DNA from: a virus
Lineage: Duplodnaviria; Caudoviricetes
Virus record (IMG/VR): IMGVR_UViG_3300028048_000136
Coordinates: 5,410 to 69,409 of that record
Direction: 5' to 3' (one strand)
Length of the DNA: 64,000 nt
The notes under the pieces were generated by a model. It did no database searches, was not told the DNA's origin, and worked only from the letters and a program-made list of their open reading frames with translations. Positions 38,414 to 47,379 of this stretch are shown here, one piece after another; position 1 is the first letter of the stretch; every line of letters begins with the position of its first letter. Made by a program: the position numbers and the translations under genes.

Positions 38414-38842
38414 ATGACAAATAAGGAATGCCCGATGAATGATATAATTTTTAATGAATCTTGTGTTTATCGTTTTAAACCAACTTCAAACCACAGACGC
38501 TGTGATAGATGTGTCTTTCAGATTGTCTTAAATAGTGAAGGAAAATGGTCTGTATATCACTTCAATCGTGCTAAGGGTGTAACACCACCAGAAAAATATA
38601 ATACCATGAATTTTGACGAACAGTTAGATAAACTAGAAAGCCAATTGACTGATCTTCCTTCTTCTGATAAAGTTATTGAGTTCATTGATGATACTTTGAA
38701 AAGATATAATGCCAAACCAAAGGTAGCAGCTGACTTTTTAGGTTCAATCAAAGATGTTCTATCTTGGTGTGAACCTTTGAATGAAAAAGAAATGTATGCG
38801 AGAGCTGAATTGGAACATTATGAAAAAGGTAATCCTTTGTAA
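38414..38842 (+). CDS. Hypothetical protein
   Basis: ORF. Confidence 0.55.
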   Translation: MTNKECPMNDIIFNESCVYRFKPTSNHRRCDRCVFQIVLNSEGKWSVYHFNRAKGVTPPEKYNTMNFDEQLDKLESQLTDLPSSDKVIEFIDDTLKRYNAKPKVAADFLGSIKDVLSWCEPLNEKEMYARAELEHYEKGNPL

Positions 38843-39377
38843 AGCATTCCTTAGTTCATTATTTTGTGGAATGCTCGGTGTTATTTTTATGATTTGGGTA
38901 ATTCCTAAACTTGGTCAAACAGGATTGGGAATTAAAAATGCAGGCGAATTAGGTGTTTCATTTTTAGCAACATCTATTGTTTCATTCAAGAAGATTATTT
39001 CTTTAATACATAATAATATAAGAAAAATGATAATTTTTGGATGGCTTATATCCTATGTTGACTCATTTTTGATTTTAACAGAAAATATATGGATTATTGT
39101 TGCTTCTTGTATGTTTGTAGGCTACTTTGTTCTTAATTTTTATTTTTGTGGTATGAATAATATCGTAAATGAAACATTCCACGAAAAAGAGTTGACTCAA
39201 TTACAAAATCAGAAAAATAGTTTTTGGACAGCAGGAGCTTCAATAGGTGCTGTTTTAGGAGCATTTATACCTAATACCTGCTTTTGTATGTTCTTAATCT
39301 GTTTTATTGAAACGACCATTTGTTTCTTTCTATCTTGGAAAATGGTGAATATATATGAAAAAAGAAATTTTGGATAA
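38820..39377 (+). CDS. Multi-pass membrane protein
   Basis: About six hydrophobic segments; start moved to ATG 38820. Confidence 0.6.
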   Translation: MKKVILCKAFLSSLFCGMLGVIFMIWVIPKLGQTGLGIKNAGELGVSFLATSIVSFKKIISLIHNNIRKMIIFGWLISYVDSFLILTENIWIIVASCMFVGYFVLNFYFCGMNNIVNETFHEKELTQLQNQKNSFWTAGASIGAVLGAFIPNTCFCMFLICFIETTICFFLSWKMVNIYEKRNFG

Positions 39378-39639
39378 TTTCGACTTTGAAAGTGTTCACC
39401 GTGTGATGGAATTTATTCACTTTGCTCAAAAAATTCCTTCAATCAAAGAAATGAAGAAACACACTAGCAAGCTCATTGACAATGCACTCAAAGGTCTTAA
39501 AAAATCTGGACTCAACGAATACATCGTTATATCGGGAGGGTTTGAGGCTTGTGCATTTTACGGAGAAGAAGGAGCTGAGGTTGCATTACGATTTATAGGA
39601 TTGCAACTCTTTTGGAGAAAAAAGACATTGACATTCTAA
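39355..39639 (+). CDS. Hypothetical protein
   Basis: ORF. Confidence 0.5.
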   Translation: MKKEILDNFDFESVHRVMEFIHFAQKIPSIKEMKKHTSKLIDNALKGLKKSGLNEYIVISGGFEACAFYGEEGAEVALRFIGLQLFWRKKTLTF

Positions 39640-39816
39640 TAATTATATTATATAATATTTTAAAATTCGGTGAGTCTGTTGTTTACAACAAATCTCACCA
39701 AACTCTTGGGAAGGACCTCTCGGAGTATAAAGCCTTCAAACATTTGTGTTACACACAGTTTGAACTGGAATTAGTTCTAAATGGAACCATCTACCCTTTA
39801 GGTAGATGTAGGTCAC
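39628..39816 (+). ncRNA. Stand-alone TnpB omegaRNA scaffold with perfect sigma70 promoter
   Basis: TTGACA-17-TATAAT (39628-39656), then the right-end sequence to GGTCAC; left-end hairpin absent. Confidence 0.8.
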
Positions 39817-39840
39817 AAGTTTAATAGATAACAGAACAGC

Positions 39841-39918
39841 GGAGCGGTAGTTCAGCTTGGTTAGAATGCCTGCCTGTCACGCAGGAGGTCGCGGGTTCGA
39901 GCCCCGTCCGTTCCGCCA
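39841..39918 (+). tRNA. tRNA-Asp(GUC)
   Basis: Cloverleaf, CCA. Confidence 0.96.
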
Positions 39919-39928
39919 AATTAAGTTC

Positions 39929-40017
39929 GGAGAGATGGGTGAGTGGCTGAAACCAACTGCCTACTAAGCAGTCAACCGTTTTTCGGTTCGTGGGTTCGAA
40001 TCCCACTCTCTCCGCCA
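39929..40017 (+). tRNA. tRNA-Ser with ACU anticodon
   Basis: Long variable arm; loop CT-ACT-AA; CCA. Confidence 0.88.
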
Positions 40018-40075
40018 CTTTATAAGTGTTTGTGAAAAGATTTTTTAATCATTAGTGAGCACATTTAATTTTTAT

Positions 40076-40293
40076 AAAAATCAATGAATAAAAATATGAG
40101 CCTTTAGACTCATATATACAGTCTAATAAATATATTATATAATATTTTAAAATTCTGTGAGTCTGTTGTTTACAACAAACTCTTGAGAAGGACCTCTCGG
40201 AGTATAAAGCCTTCAAACATTTGTGTTACACACAGTTTGAACTGGAATTAGTTCTAAATGGAAGTATCTACCTTTAGGGTAGATGTAGGTCAC
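40076..40293 (+). mobile_element. Non-autonomous tnpB-type derivative (left end + right end)
   Basis: Follows TTTAT, ends GGTCAC; short deletion inside the scaffold. Confidence 0.88.
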
Positions 40294-40352
40294 ATAATAT
40301 AAATAGAATGCACTTGCTTTAATTAAGCAAATAACGAGTTGGAGATTAATTA

Positions 40353-40730
40353 ATGAAAGAGTTTTTACCTATAAAAAGAGAAGAAGCAATTAAGAAAATT
40401 GCTGAATATTTCAGAACTACCAATTCCGAAACAGTAGGTATTGTCTTTGAAAAGCAAAGAGATGCTACAGCATTTTTAGATGAAGTTAAAAAGAACTTAG
40501 ATAAAGGAAGAGTTTGGAATAAGAAATCAATTGAGTCTAATACCAACACAAGAGTTGTGACTGATAATTGTAGAAACCCAATAAGAATTTTGTCAGGTTG
40601 GTCTTGTTCAAAACTCTTCATAGAGCAAAAATGCTTTGAAAAACATTCTGAAGATTTTTACAAAACTTGTATTTGTCCTCAATGTGCTTTAAACCCTGAT
40701 AATGTTGAAAACTACCTGATAATAGATTGA
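40353..40730 (+). CDS. Hypothetical protein
   Basis: ORF with GGAG RBS. Confidence 0.6.
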   Translation: MKEFLPIKREEAIKKIAEYFRTTNSETVGIVFEKQRDATAFLDEVKKNLDKGRVWNKKSIESNTNTRVVTDNCRNPIRILSGWSCSKLFIEQKCFEKHSEDFYKTCICPQCALNPDNVENYLIID

Positions 40731-40739
40731 GTTTTTGAA

Positions 40740-41012
40740 ATGAATGTACAAATACCTTTTGATTTACTTGGTGATTATGAATCAATGGTTCTCAATACCG
40801 ATGACTCTTTTTATCAATTAACGGTACGCTATCAGGGTGCTAATATAACAATAACTCTAAATAAACACGAAATAGAATCATACGATTTTAAAATTGCTGA
40901 ACCTGAAGGAAAAAGAAAAGTTAAAGAAGTTCTACCATCTTTAATTGGATATTTTGAAAAACTTGGTTATATAAATGTTTGCAGAATAAATGAAATTCAA
41001 GAATTACATTAA
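40740..41012 (+). CDS. Hypothetical protein
   Basis: ORF. Confidence 0.55.
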   Translation: MNVQIPFDLLGDYESMVLNTDDSFYQLTVRYQGANITITLNKHEIESYDFKIAEPEGKRKVKEVLPSLIGYFEKLGYINVCRINEIQELH

Positions 41013-41053
41013 AGTCTTATAAATGGTGAATTTGTGCTATTCGGTGTAGAAGA

Positions 41054-41458
41054 ATGAACGAAATAACAAAATTAAAAACTGATACCCTAAGTTTTACTAT
41101 TTATATGGTAGAAAATTATATTAGTGGTTTATACAAAGAACTTGAAATGTGTAAAGGTTCCATTCCAAAAGAAGAGGAACTTAAAATGCACATTAAAGAT
41201 TGTGAATTATGTCTTGAGGAATTAATAATATCTAATCTACCGAAAGATGAAAAAAGAAGGACAATCAAAGAATTATTAGATTTGCGGATGGTAAATTATC
41301 CAATAGAGGTAAATGGGGAACCATACGATGAGCATAAACATGGTAACCTAATACACATTGATACTGCTATAGAAACCCGCGAAGAATTTAGCTATATACT
41401 AAAATATAAAGCTGTTAAAAAAGATAAATTTTTGTCTCTATTAAAGGAATTAAAATAA
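41054..41458 (+). CDS. Hypothetical protein
   Basis: ORF. Confidence 0.55.
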   Translation: MNEITKLKTDTLSFTIYMVENYISGLYKELEMCKGSIPKEEELKMHIKDCELCLEELIISNLPKDEKRRTIKELLDLRMVNYPIEVNGEPYDEHKHGNLIHIDTAIETREEFSYILKYKAVKKDKFLSLLKELK

Positions 41459-41460
41459 CA

Positions 41461-41916
41461 ATGAAATTCAAGAATTGCATTAAAGAAGATTATCAAATAC
41501 AACATAGACCATCGGGACCAGATGACGAAACACCTAGTCTTGATAAAATCGAGGGTTCTGAAATAGCTCCTGATGATCTGTTTAGGCATCCAGAATATTA
41601 TTTGAATGCCTCGGAAGTAACCACTTCTGAATTGAAAAAGTTTATAGATCTTGTTAAGAAAGCACAGGGAAAACCTGACGCTAAGATCAAGATTTATAGA
41701 GGTGCTCCATCGGGTGGAAAACTCAATAATGGCGATTGGGTAACTCCATTCAAGAGTTATGCTATGGCTTATGCGTATGATAACGCTTACTCTGATAATG
41801 CAGAGTCAAAAGTTTATGAGTACACGGTTAAAGCATCGGAGCTGACTTGCGATTTGAACAGTCTTGCTGAATGGGGATATTTCGGAAAGACTATAATGGG
41901 CAAAGAAACAAAGTGA
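41461..41916 (+). CDS. Possible ADP-ribosyltransferase-fold protein with MKFKNCIKE leader
   Basis: 'IYRG...GDWVT...YA...EWGY' pattern. Confidence 0.4.
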   Translation: MKFKNCIKEDYQIQHRPSGPDDETPSLDKIEGSEIAPDDLFRHPEYYLNASEVTTSELKKFIDLVKKAQGKPDAKIKIYRGAPSGGKLNNGDWVTPFKSYAMAYAYDNAYSDNAESKVYEYTVKASELTCDLNSLAEWGYFGKTIMGKETK

Positions 41917-42090
41917 GTGCCCAACCAAATTCTGTGTAGGTAAAAGCTATCTAAAACCTACACGAAGGCAGCGAAATTTAAAATTTCGCAAAACGGTAAG
42001 TGTCTAAGATAGATAACGGCACTTAGTGCAATGGGTGAGATGAAAATCCACACGAACGTTTGTTGCCTGACGTCCATTTTGGTATTGCAC
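41917..42090 (+). ncRNA. Candidate structured RNA with loop-loop pairing
   Basis: Four hairpins, two long-range stems, CTATCT/AGATAG complementary loops. Confidence 0.6.
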
Positions 42091-42108
42091 ATTTTTAGTT
42101 CAAAATCA

Positions 42109-42184
42109 GCTGGATTAATTCAATTGGTAGAATGCCTGTTTTGTAAACAGGAGGTTAGGGGTTCGAGTCCTCTATCCAGCACCA
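42109..42184 (+). tRNA. tRNA-Thr(UGU)
   Basis: Cloverleaf, CCA. Confidence 0.93.
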
Positions 42185-42201
42185 CTTATGACTATTTCAA
42201 A

Positions 42202-42921
42202 ATGATAGATTTACAAACATTAAAAAAATATTTAAGCAAATCGAAACAAACCGTTGAGGAAGTTATTACCCCACCCAAAAAAGAAATGATTGACGGCCTG
42301 TTTTCTAAATTATTTAAAAATTTTACTGGAAATGGTTTACAGAAACGAGGATCTAGCATAAAAATTGATGAAAATGGCATTGTGTCAAATCTAAGTTCTG
42401 GTAATTATTTAATGACAGATGTTTCTTCTTCCGTTTTTACACAAGGAAACTTTGAAATTCAGGTAAAATTTTTTAAAACCAAATTAACCCCGTTAAATAA
42501 CTCATATTATACTTGGGATTGGGTAGGTAGTAGTAATGACCCACCATTATTTTGTGCATTTGGCACTAATACGAGTTCATCAAAATTAAATTGTCACACT
42601 TTTTATTATTTTAACCAAAGATATTATGTGATAGGATCCGTTTCACTTCCAAACAATTCCGAGGAAGAAGTCGTAAATAAATGGTTGTATTATAATTTTA
42701 AGTACAACAATGGGGTTTCAGAGTGCAGAATAATGGACGAAAATTATAAATTGCTTGCTGAAAACATTTTTGAACTCGGAATTAAGCCACAAAACATAAC
42801 TTCAAAAGTTGCGATTGGTAATTATTCAAATTATGTCGGACAACCTACGGCAATAAAGTATGACCTATCTGAAAGTTACATTAAAGTAAATGATGAAATC
42901 GTTTCAAGTTGGAATAAATAA
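42202..42921 (+). CDS. Hypothetical protein, beta-rich (lectin-like?)
   Basis: True start after the tRNA; the 42031 start in the ORF track overlaps RNA genes. Confidence 0.5.
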   Translation: MIDLQTLKKYLSKSKQTVEEVITPPKKEMIDGLFSKLFKNFTGNGLQKRGSSIKIDENGIVSNLSSGNYLMTDVSSSVFTQGNFEIQVKFFKTKLTPLNNSYYTWDWVGSSNDPPLFCAFGTNTSSSKLNCHTFYYFNQRYYVIGSVSLPNNSEEEVVNKWLYYNFKYNNGVSECRIMDENYKLLAENIFELGIKPQNITSKVAIGNYSNYVGQPTAIKYDLSESYIKVNDEIVSSWNK

Positions 42922-42941
42922 TTTTTCCAGAGGATATACTT

Positions 42942-43205
42942 ATGAATTTTGTTAACATTATAATTTGTGTTATTTTTGCTATTTTTTATACAGAAGCATT
43001 TATTGTTTATATTGGCATCCACATTTGTTTTCTTGCTTTATTTGCTTTAATGCTTGCTTTCATAAAATTATCACCTGAAAAGATTGATAGGATAGAAGCA
43101 AATCTCCGAGAAAAGCAGGAAAAGAGAAAGAAGTTAGATGACAAGTTAATTTCTTTGCTTAGAGCCTCAAGCATTGAGGAAAAATTTAAAATTTTTAAAA
43201 ACTGA
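42942..43205 (+). CDS. Small membrane protein
   Basis: Hydrophobic N-terminal half. Confidence 0.5.
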   Translation: MNFVNIIICVIFAIFYTEAFIVYIGIHICFLALFALMLAFIKLSPEKIDRIEANLREKQEKRKKLDDKLISLLRASSIEEKFKIFKN

Positions 43206-43284
43206 TTTACATTAAGGGAACTCTTTTGAGTTCCTTTTTCTTTATATAATAAAAGCACTTCAAAAAATGAAGTGCTTTTTAATT

Positions 43285-43495
43285 GAGTGAACACAAAAAT
43301 TTTAAATGGATCCAAAATTTTTTTTTTAATGTATGAACACAAAAAAATTTATATATTCTATATATAGAAAATTAAAAACACATTTTAAATGGATCCAAAA
43401 ATTTAATTGTGTCCTCACAAAGATGTGTTCATACAAAAATTGTGACCTCACAAAGATGTGTTCATACAAAAATTGTGACCTCACAAAGATGTTTA
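43285..43495. repeat. Iteron-like repeat region A
   Basis: GGATCC units at 43308 and 43391, TTCTATATATAGAA palindrome at 43356, 33-bp tandem repeats at 43405/43438/43471. Confidence 0.85.
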
Positions 43496-43590
43496 TTTTA
43501 CGCCTTTAAAAATCTGAATTACATAAAGGAACTCCTTTGGATTCCTTTTTTATTATGCACAATAATTATTCAGTATTTTTTACGTTTTTA

Positions 43591-43663
43591 AAAAAGTCTT
43601 TATAAATCAATAACTTAGTAAGAGATCTATTTTCGTTAAGTCTTTGATTTATAAAGACTTTTT
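43591..43663. repeat. Long palindromic element, copy 2
   Basis: 20-bp perfect arms. Confidence 0.9.
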
Positions 43664-43755
43664 TATTTTGTGTAAAATTTTTTAAAAAATATTTGCTTTT
43701 CTTAAATACATATATTATACTTAATATGTAAGAGAGAAAGAGAGAGAGAATTAAA

Positions 43756-44016
43756 ATGGAATCATCAATTTCTACCCCAGACTATGTTAAGGTTGAATTA
43801 GCCATCACTACTGATGACTATGTTGAAATGCTCAACGCCATCGTTGAGGCAAGACTTTTCAATGAAAACTTGAAAAAATCTTGTGAATCTTCACCAAAGC
43901 CAAATGAGATTACAAAGGAAATAATAGAGAAATGTGAAAGAAGGCTTGAAACCCTTGACACTCTTTTAAATACAATAAAGGAAAAATATTTAGAGTATTT
44001 TGCTTCTATTTATTAA
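43756..44016 (+). CDS. Hypothetical early protein
   Basis: TTGCTT...TATACT promoter upstream. Confidence 0.6.
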   Translation: MESSISTPDYVKVELAITTDDYVEMLNAIVEARLFNENLKKSCESSPKPNEITKEIIEKCERRLETLDTLLNTIKEKYLEYFASIY

Positions 44017-44032
44017 TCTAGGAGATAAGACT

Positions 44033-44527
44033 ATGCTAACTTGTGAGGATTTAAAGAGGTTCTTCAGCAAAGAACACTCTTTTGTACAGAACGGCAAGAC
44101 CATTTACTTAATTCCTTTAAAGGAGTTTATGAAGACTGAAGAATTTGCTAGATTATCCCCAGTTTCACGTCAGGATAAGAATGACATAACTGGTGAAACT
44201 TCAATTACAAAGTGCCAGTTTTTAAATTCCGTATGCTTTACAGACGTTCACCCACATTTAATCGTCAATAAAACTAAATCAGAAAAGACCGTTTGGTACG
44301 TAAATTTAGATGAACAGCCAGTTAAAGGTACTTGGCCTAATGTAGAATACGAACTTATGGTACGAGTAAATTCTGATGGAACCTTAAATAGAGATTTTGT
44401 TTACGAAATTCAAAAGGCCCGTAAGAAGGTACTTGGAAAATTCATCAATATGGTTTTCTACAAGAAAGGTTGTGAACGTTTTATTCCAACCGAATATCCA
44501 CGTTATTACGAGGACCCTTGTTTCTAA
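44033..44527 (+). CDS. Hypothetical protein
   Basis: GGAG RBS before ATG 44033. Confidence 0.6.
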   Translation: MLTCEDLKRFFSKEHSFVQNGKTIYLIPLKEFMKTEEFARLSPVSRQDKNDITGETSITKCQFLNSVCFTDVHPHLIVNKTKSEKTVWYVNLDEQPVKGTWPNVEYELMVRVNSDGTLNRDFVYEIQKARKKVLGKFINMVFYKKGCERFIPTEYPRYYEDPCF

Positions 44528-44698
44528 ACTTTTCCGTCCTTTAGTTAGACTTAGGATAAGTAAAATGAGAATTGCTAAAGGTCATTTAAGAAGTTCAAAA
44601 AAGATATTAAGAATTTTTAAGGGATTACGAAGAATGAATATTAAAGTTCTCGGTATTTCTGTATTATATTGTTTAATTCTGTTAAGTGTTTGTGCAAT

Positions 44699-44740
44699 TG
44701 TGATCTAGATCACACACTTATTTTAAAAATGTTCTATAAT
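44699..44740 (+). promoter_or_regulatory. CRP-consensus box with -10 element
   Basis: TGTGATCTAGATCACA-20 nt-TATAAT. Confidence 0.7.
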
Positions 44741-44771
44741 AGAAATGTAAGTTAAAGAGAGGATTAAAAAT

Positions 44772-44999
44772 ATGAACCACGTTATTAAATATAAGGATTC
44801 CGTAATCACTTTACGTTTTATAAGAAAATGTAAGTGGGGCAACCTCATTGAGGGTGAACTCACTCCTTCAAAAGAACAGAGAAGATATTTCAAGCTGGGT
44901 ATTCCTACATCAGGACTTAGAGTTAAACTCTCAACCTTAGAATGTGATTCAAGAAGAGTAAAGGAGCTTGTACAAACCCTTGCAGAGATAGACACATAA
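44772..44999 (+). CDS. Hypothetical protein
   Basis: Flanked by about 58-bp direct-repeat promoters. Confidence 0.6.
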   Translation: MNHVIKYKDSVITLRFIRKCKWGNLIEGELTPSKEQRRYFKLGIPTSGLRVKLSTLECDSRRVKELVQTLAEIDT

Positions 45000-45000
45000 T

Positions 45001-45042
45001 TGTGAACTAGATCACACACTTATTTTAAAAATGTTCTATAAT
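45001..45042 (+). promoter_or_regulatory. CRP-consensus box with -10 element (duplicate)
   Basis: TGTGAACTAGATCACA-20 nt-TATAAT. Confidence 0.7.
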
Positions 45043-45075
45043 AGAAATGTAAGTTAATTTTAGAGAGGAAGAAAA

Positions 45076-45303
45076 ATGAGATACTATGTAGAATTTGATA
45101 TTTTTAAGTTTGAGTTTTGGGGACCTGCAAAAAGAAGAATTGAAACCCTAAAGCGCTACAACAAGTATGACGCCATTAGTGAGATTGGAAACCTCATTGA
45201 AGAAATTTTTTCTTCAAATGACGCCGATGAAATGGAAATTAACGATTTCGTAAGCTACGATTCATTAGTCGATGAAGTTTACGATGAAGCATTAAAAGAC
45301 TAA
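45076..45303 (+). CDS. Hypothetical protein
   Basis: GAGG RBS. Confidence 0.6.
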   Translation: MRYYVEFDIFKFEFWGPAKRRIETLKRYNKYDAISEIGNLIEEIFSSNDADEMEINDFVSYDSLVDEVYDEALKD

Positions 45304-45403
45304 GAGGCATTTAAAGAATGAGGTACATTGTTACGGACCCTTGTTACATTATAAGAGATGACAAAGTTTGGAAAGAATTTTGCAAAAAATCAAACGAATT
45401 TAT

Positions 45404-46819
45404 ATAAACCCGATGGATAAAAATATGAGCCTTTAAGCTCATATACACTCTAATAAATATATTATATAATATTTATATAAAAATAGAGGAATTTGAATGA
45501 CTAAGATTATCAGAGGTTTAGTTCTTGAACTAAAGCCTGATAGTGCTCAAAAACTGCTTTTAGATAAGCATTTAAATGATTGTAGATTTATCTATAACAA
45601 ATATGTTGAAGAATATTTAAAAGCACTTAAAGAAAATAGAGCACCAAATTATAAGGATTATAAAGAATTGCGTACGGAGTACGAATTTCTTTTAGGTTCT
45701 TATTCATGGTCTATTCAACAAGTTCTTTATAAATTTAAACAGACCAATAAAATCAATAGATCAAAAAGAGCAAAAGGTCAAAAGGTTGGATTAGTTAGAT
45801 TCAAATCTAAAAAGGCCCATTCAGATTATTTTTATAGTAATAATTTAAACCTTTCGTATAATCCTGACTGTAAGTCAAAGTCATACGTAAAAATTCCAAA
45901 GGTAGGAAATGTTCATTTTAACTGTAAAAATATTAAACCTGAATTTTTAAACGGTAAAATTAAGTCAGGAACTATTAAAAGAACCAAAACCGGAGTTTAC
46001 AAAGTATCGTTACTTGTCGAGGTCGACAAGGTTTACGAAGACCGTGTGGATAATGGACATATTGGTTTAGATTTTTCCCTAAAAGATTTCTTCGTTGACA
46101 GTTTTGGTGCAAATGCACCAGAGTTCTCAACAAAGAGATCTAAGATGGAATTACTCCAAAATAAAATTAATTCTTTAAATACTGCTATTTCAAAGATGAT
46201 AAACAAATCCAAGAAAAAGCGTAAGGTCTCCGTTAAAGTCCATCGTATCACGATGAAGCGTAACAAATTATTTGAAAGAGTTCATAATATCCAAGTTGAT
46301 TATATCAACAAGTTATCAAGAAATTTGTGTAAACACAATGAGTTGATAGTTATTGAGAACTTAGACCTTAAAGAAATGGCTGAACATACTTCTTATAAGG
46401 ATTCCAAAATTTCCACTAAAGGTGGAAATCATGGAAAGTCTATAAGTTTGTTACAATGGAGTTATTTTCTCAAAAAGTTAGAAGAAAATGCTGAGAAGTT
46501 TGGAGACATAATTGTCTATACAGACAAATACTATCCAAGCTCTCAGGTCTGTTCTAAATGTGGAGAAAGGAATCCAGAAATGAAAGATGTTACCAACCGT
46601 ACACTAAAGTGTAAGTGCGGTAATATTATTGATAGAGATTATAATTCAGCAATTAATATTTTAAAATTCGGTGAGTCTGTTGTTCACAACAAATCTCACC
46701 AAACTCTTGGGAAGGACCTCTCGGAGTATAAAGCCTTCAAACATTTGTGTTACACACAGTTTGAACTAGAATTAGTTTCTAAATGGAAGCATCTACCCTT
46801 TAGGGTTGATGTAGGTCAC
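45404..46819 (+). mobile_element. IS200/IS605-family tnpB-only element (IS1341-like), TAM TTTAT
   Basis: Subterminal left- and right-end hairpins, no target duplication, ends TCAC, no tnpA. Confidence 0.92.
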
Positions 46820-46849
46820 AGGTCCTTATGTTACACCAGAGGCAGTTAA
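45497..46849 (+). CDS. tnpB: TnpB RNA-guided endonuclease
   Basis: RuvC 'IGLDF', 'VIENL', 'DRDYNSAINI'; zinc finger CSKC/CKC; catalytic D-E-D intact. Confidence 0.95.
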   Translation: MTKIIRGLVLELKPDSAQKLLLDKHLNDCRFIYNKYVEEYLKALKENRAPNYKDYKELRTEYEFLLGSYSWSIQQVLYKFKQTNKINRSKRAKGQKVGLVRFKSKKAHSDYFYSNNLNLSYNPDCKSKSYVKIPKVGNVHFNCKNIKPEFLNGKIKSGTIKRTKTGVYKVSLLVEVDKVYEDRVDNGHIGLDFSLKDFFVDSFGANAPEFSTKRSKMELLQNKINSLNTAISKMINKSKKKRKVSVKVHRITMKRNKLFERVHNIQVDYINKLSRNLCKHNELIVIENLDLKEMAEHTSYKDSKISTKGGNHGKSISLLQWSYFLKKLEENAEKFGDIIVYTDKYYPSSQVCSKCGERNPEMKDVTNRTLKCKCGNIIDRDYNSAINILKFGESVVHNKSHQTLGKDLSEYKAFKHLCYTQFELELVSKWKHLPFRVDVGHRSLCYTRGS

Positions 46850-47379
46850 GGTTTTAAGAGAATACATTGGACTTTCAACTGATGACCTCATAGAAGTTGA
46901 GGAAACAGGTTATGGTGATTGGTGCAATTCTATCAAATCGCTAAGTGATAAAGTTAATATCATAAGAAAAGGATTTTATGCTGACGCTGGTTTGGTTTGC
47001 GTTGTGCCTCTTACTGATGATTTAAAAGACGTTAATGGAGCAATTTTTGAAGTTCCTGATAATGCAAAGATTACAGTCGATTTAGACACCAAAAACAAAT
47101 ATTGGACTATGATATATGTTTATATGGATAACAATTTAGTTGTGGTGTCCGAACAAAATGAGGAAGAAGAAGTTTGATTTTTGGGATGGTTTTGATTTCC
47201 CACCAAAAAGAAGTCCTTTCTTGAAAAACTTTTAAATTTTTTTAAAAGGAAATAAAAATGCGTGTTTATGACATTCTCAATTTTAATAACGGCATTTCGG
47301 AAATAGCAATAAGAGTGGGAAAATAATTGTCGCTCAAATATTTTCAACGAAAATTTTAAGGAGCTTGAATTTTCTGAAA

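Larger units (their letters stand above)
45318..47177 (+). pseudogene. 147-aa gene split by the tnpB element
   Basis: Joining 45403 to 46820 restores MRYIVTDPCY...NEFIGPYV...EEEV. Confidence 0.85.

Noticed and set aside
39612-39824. 70-aa ORF
   Set aside because: It is the residual tnpB C-terminal frame within the omegaRNA copy, not a separate gene
42031-42201. N-terminal extension of the 296-aa ORF
   Set aside because: Overlaps the structured RNA and tRNA-Thr
45404-46819. IStron (self-splicing tnpB element)
   Set aside because: Only about 90 nt precede tnpB, there is no group I core and the element ends in C rather than G
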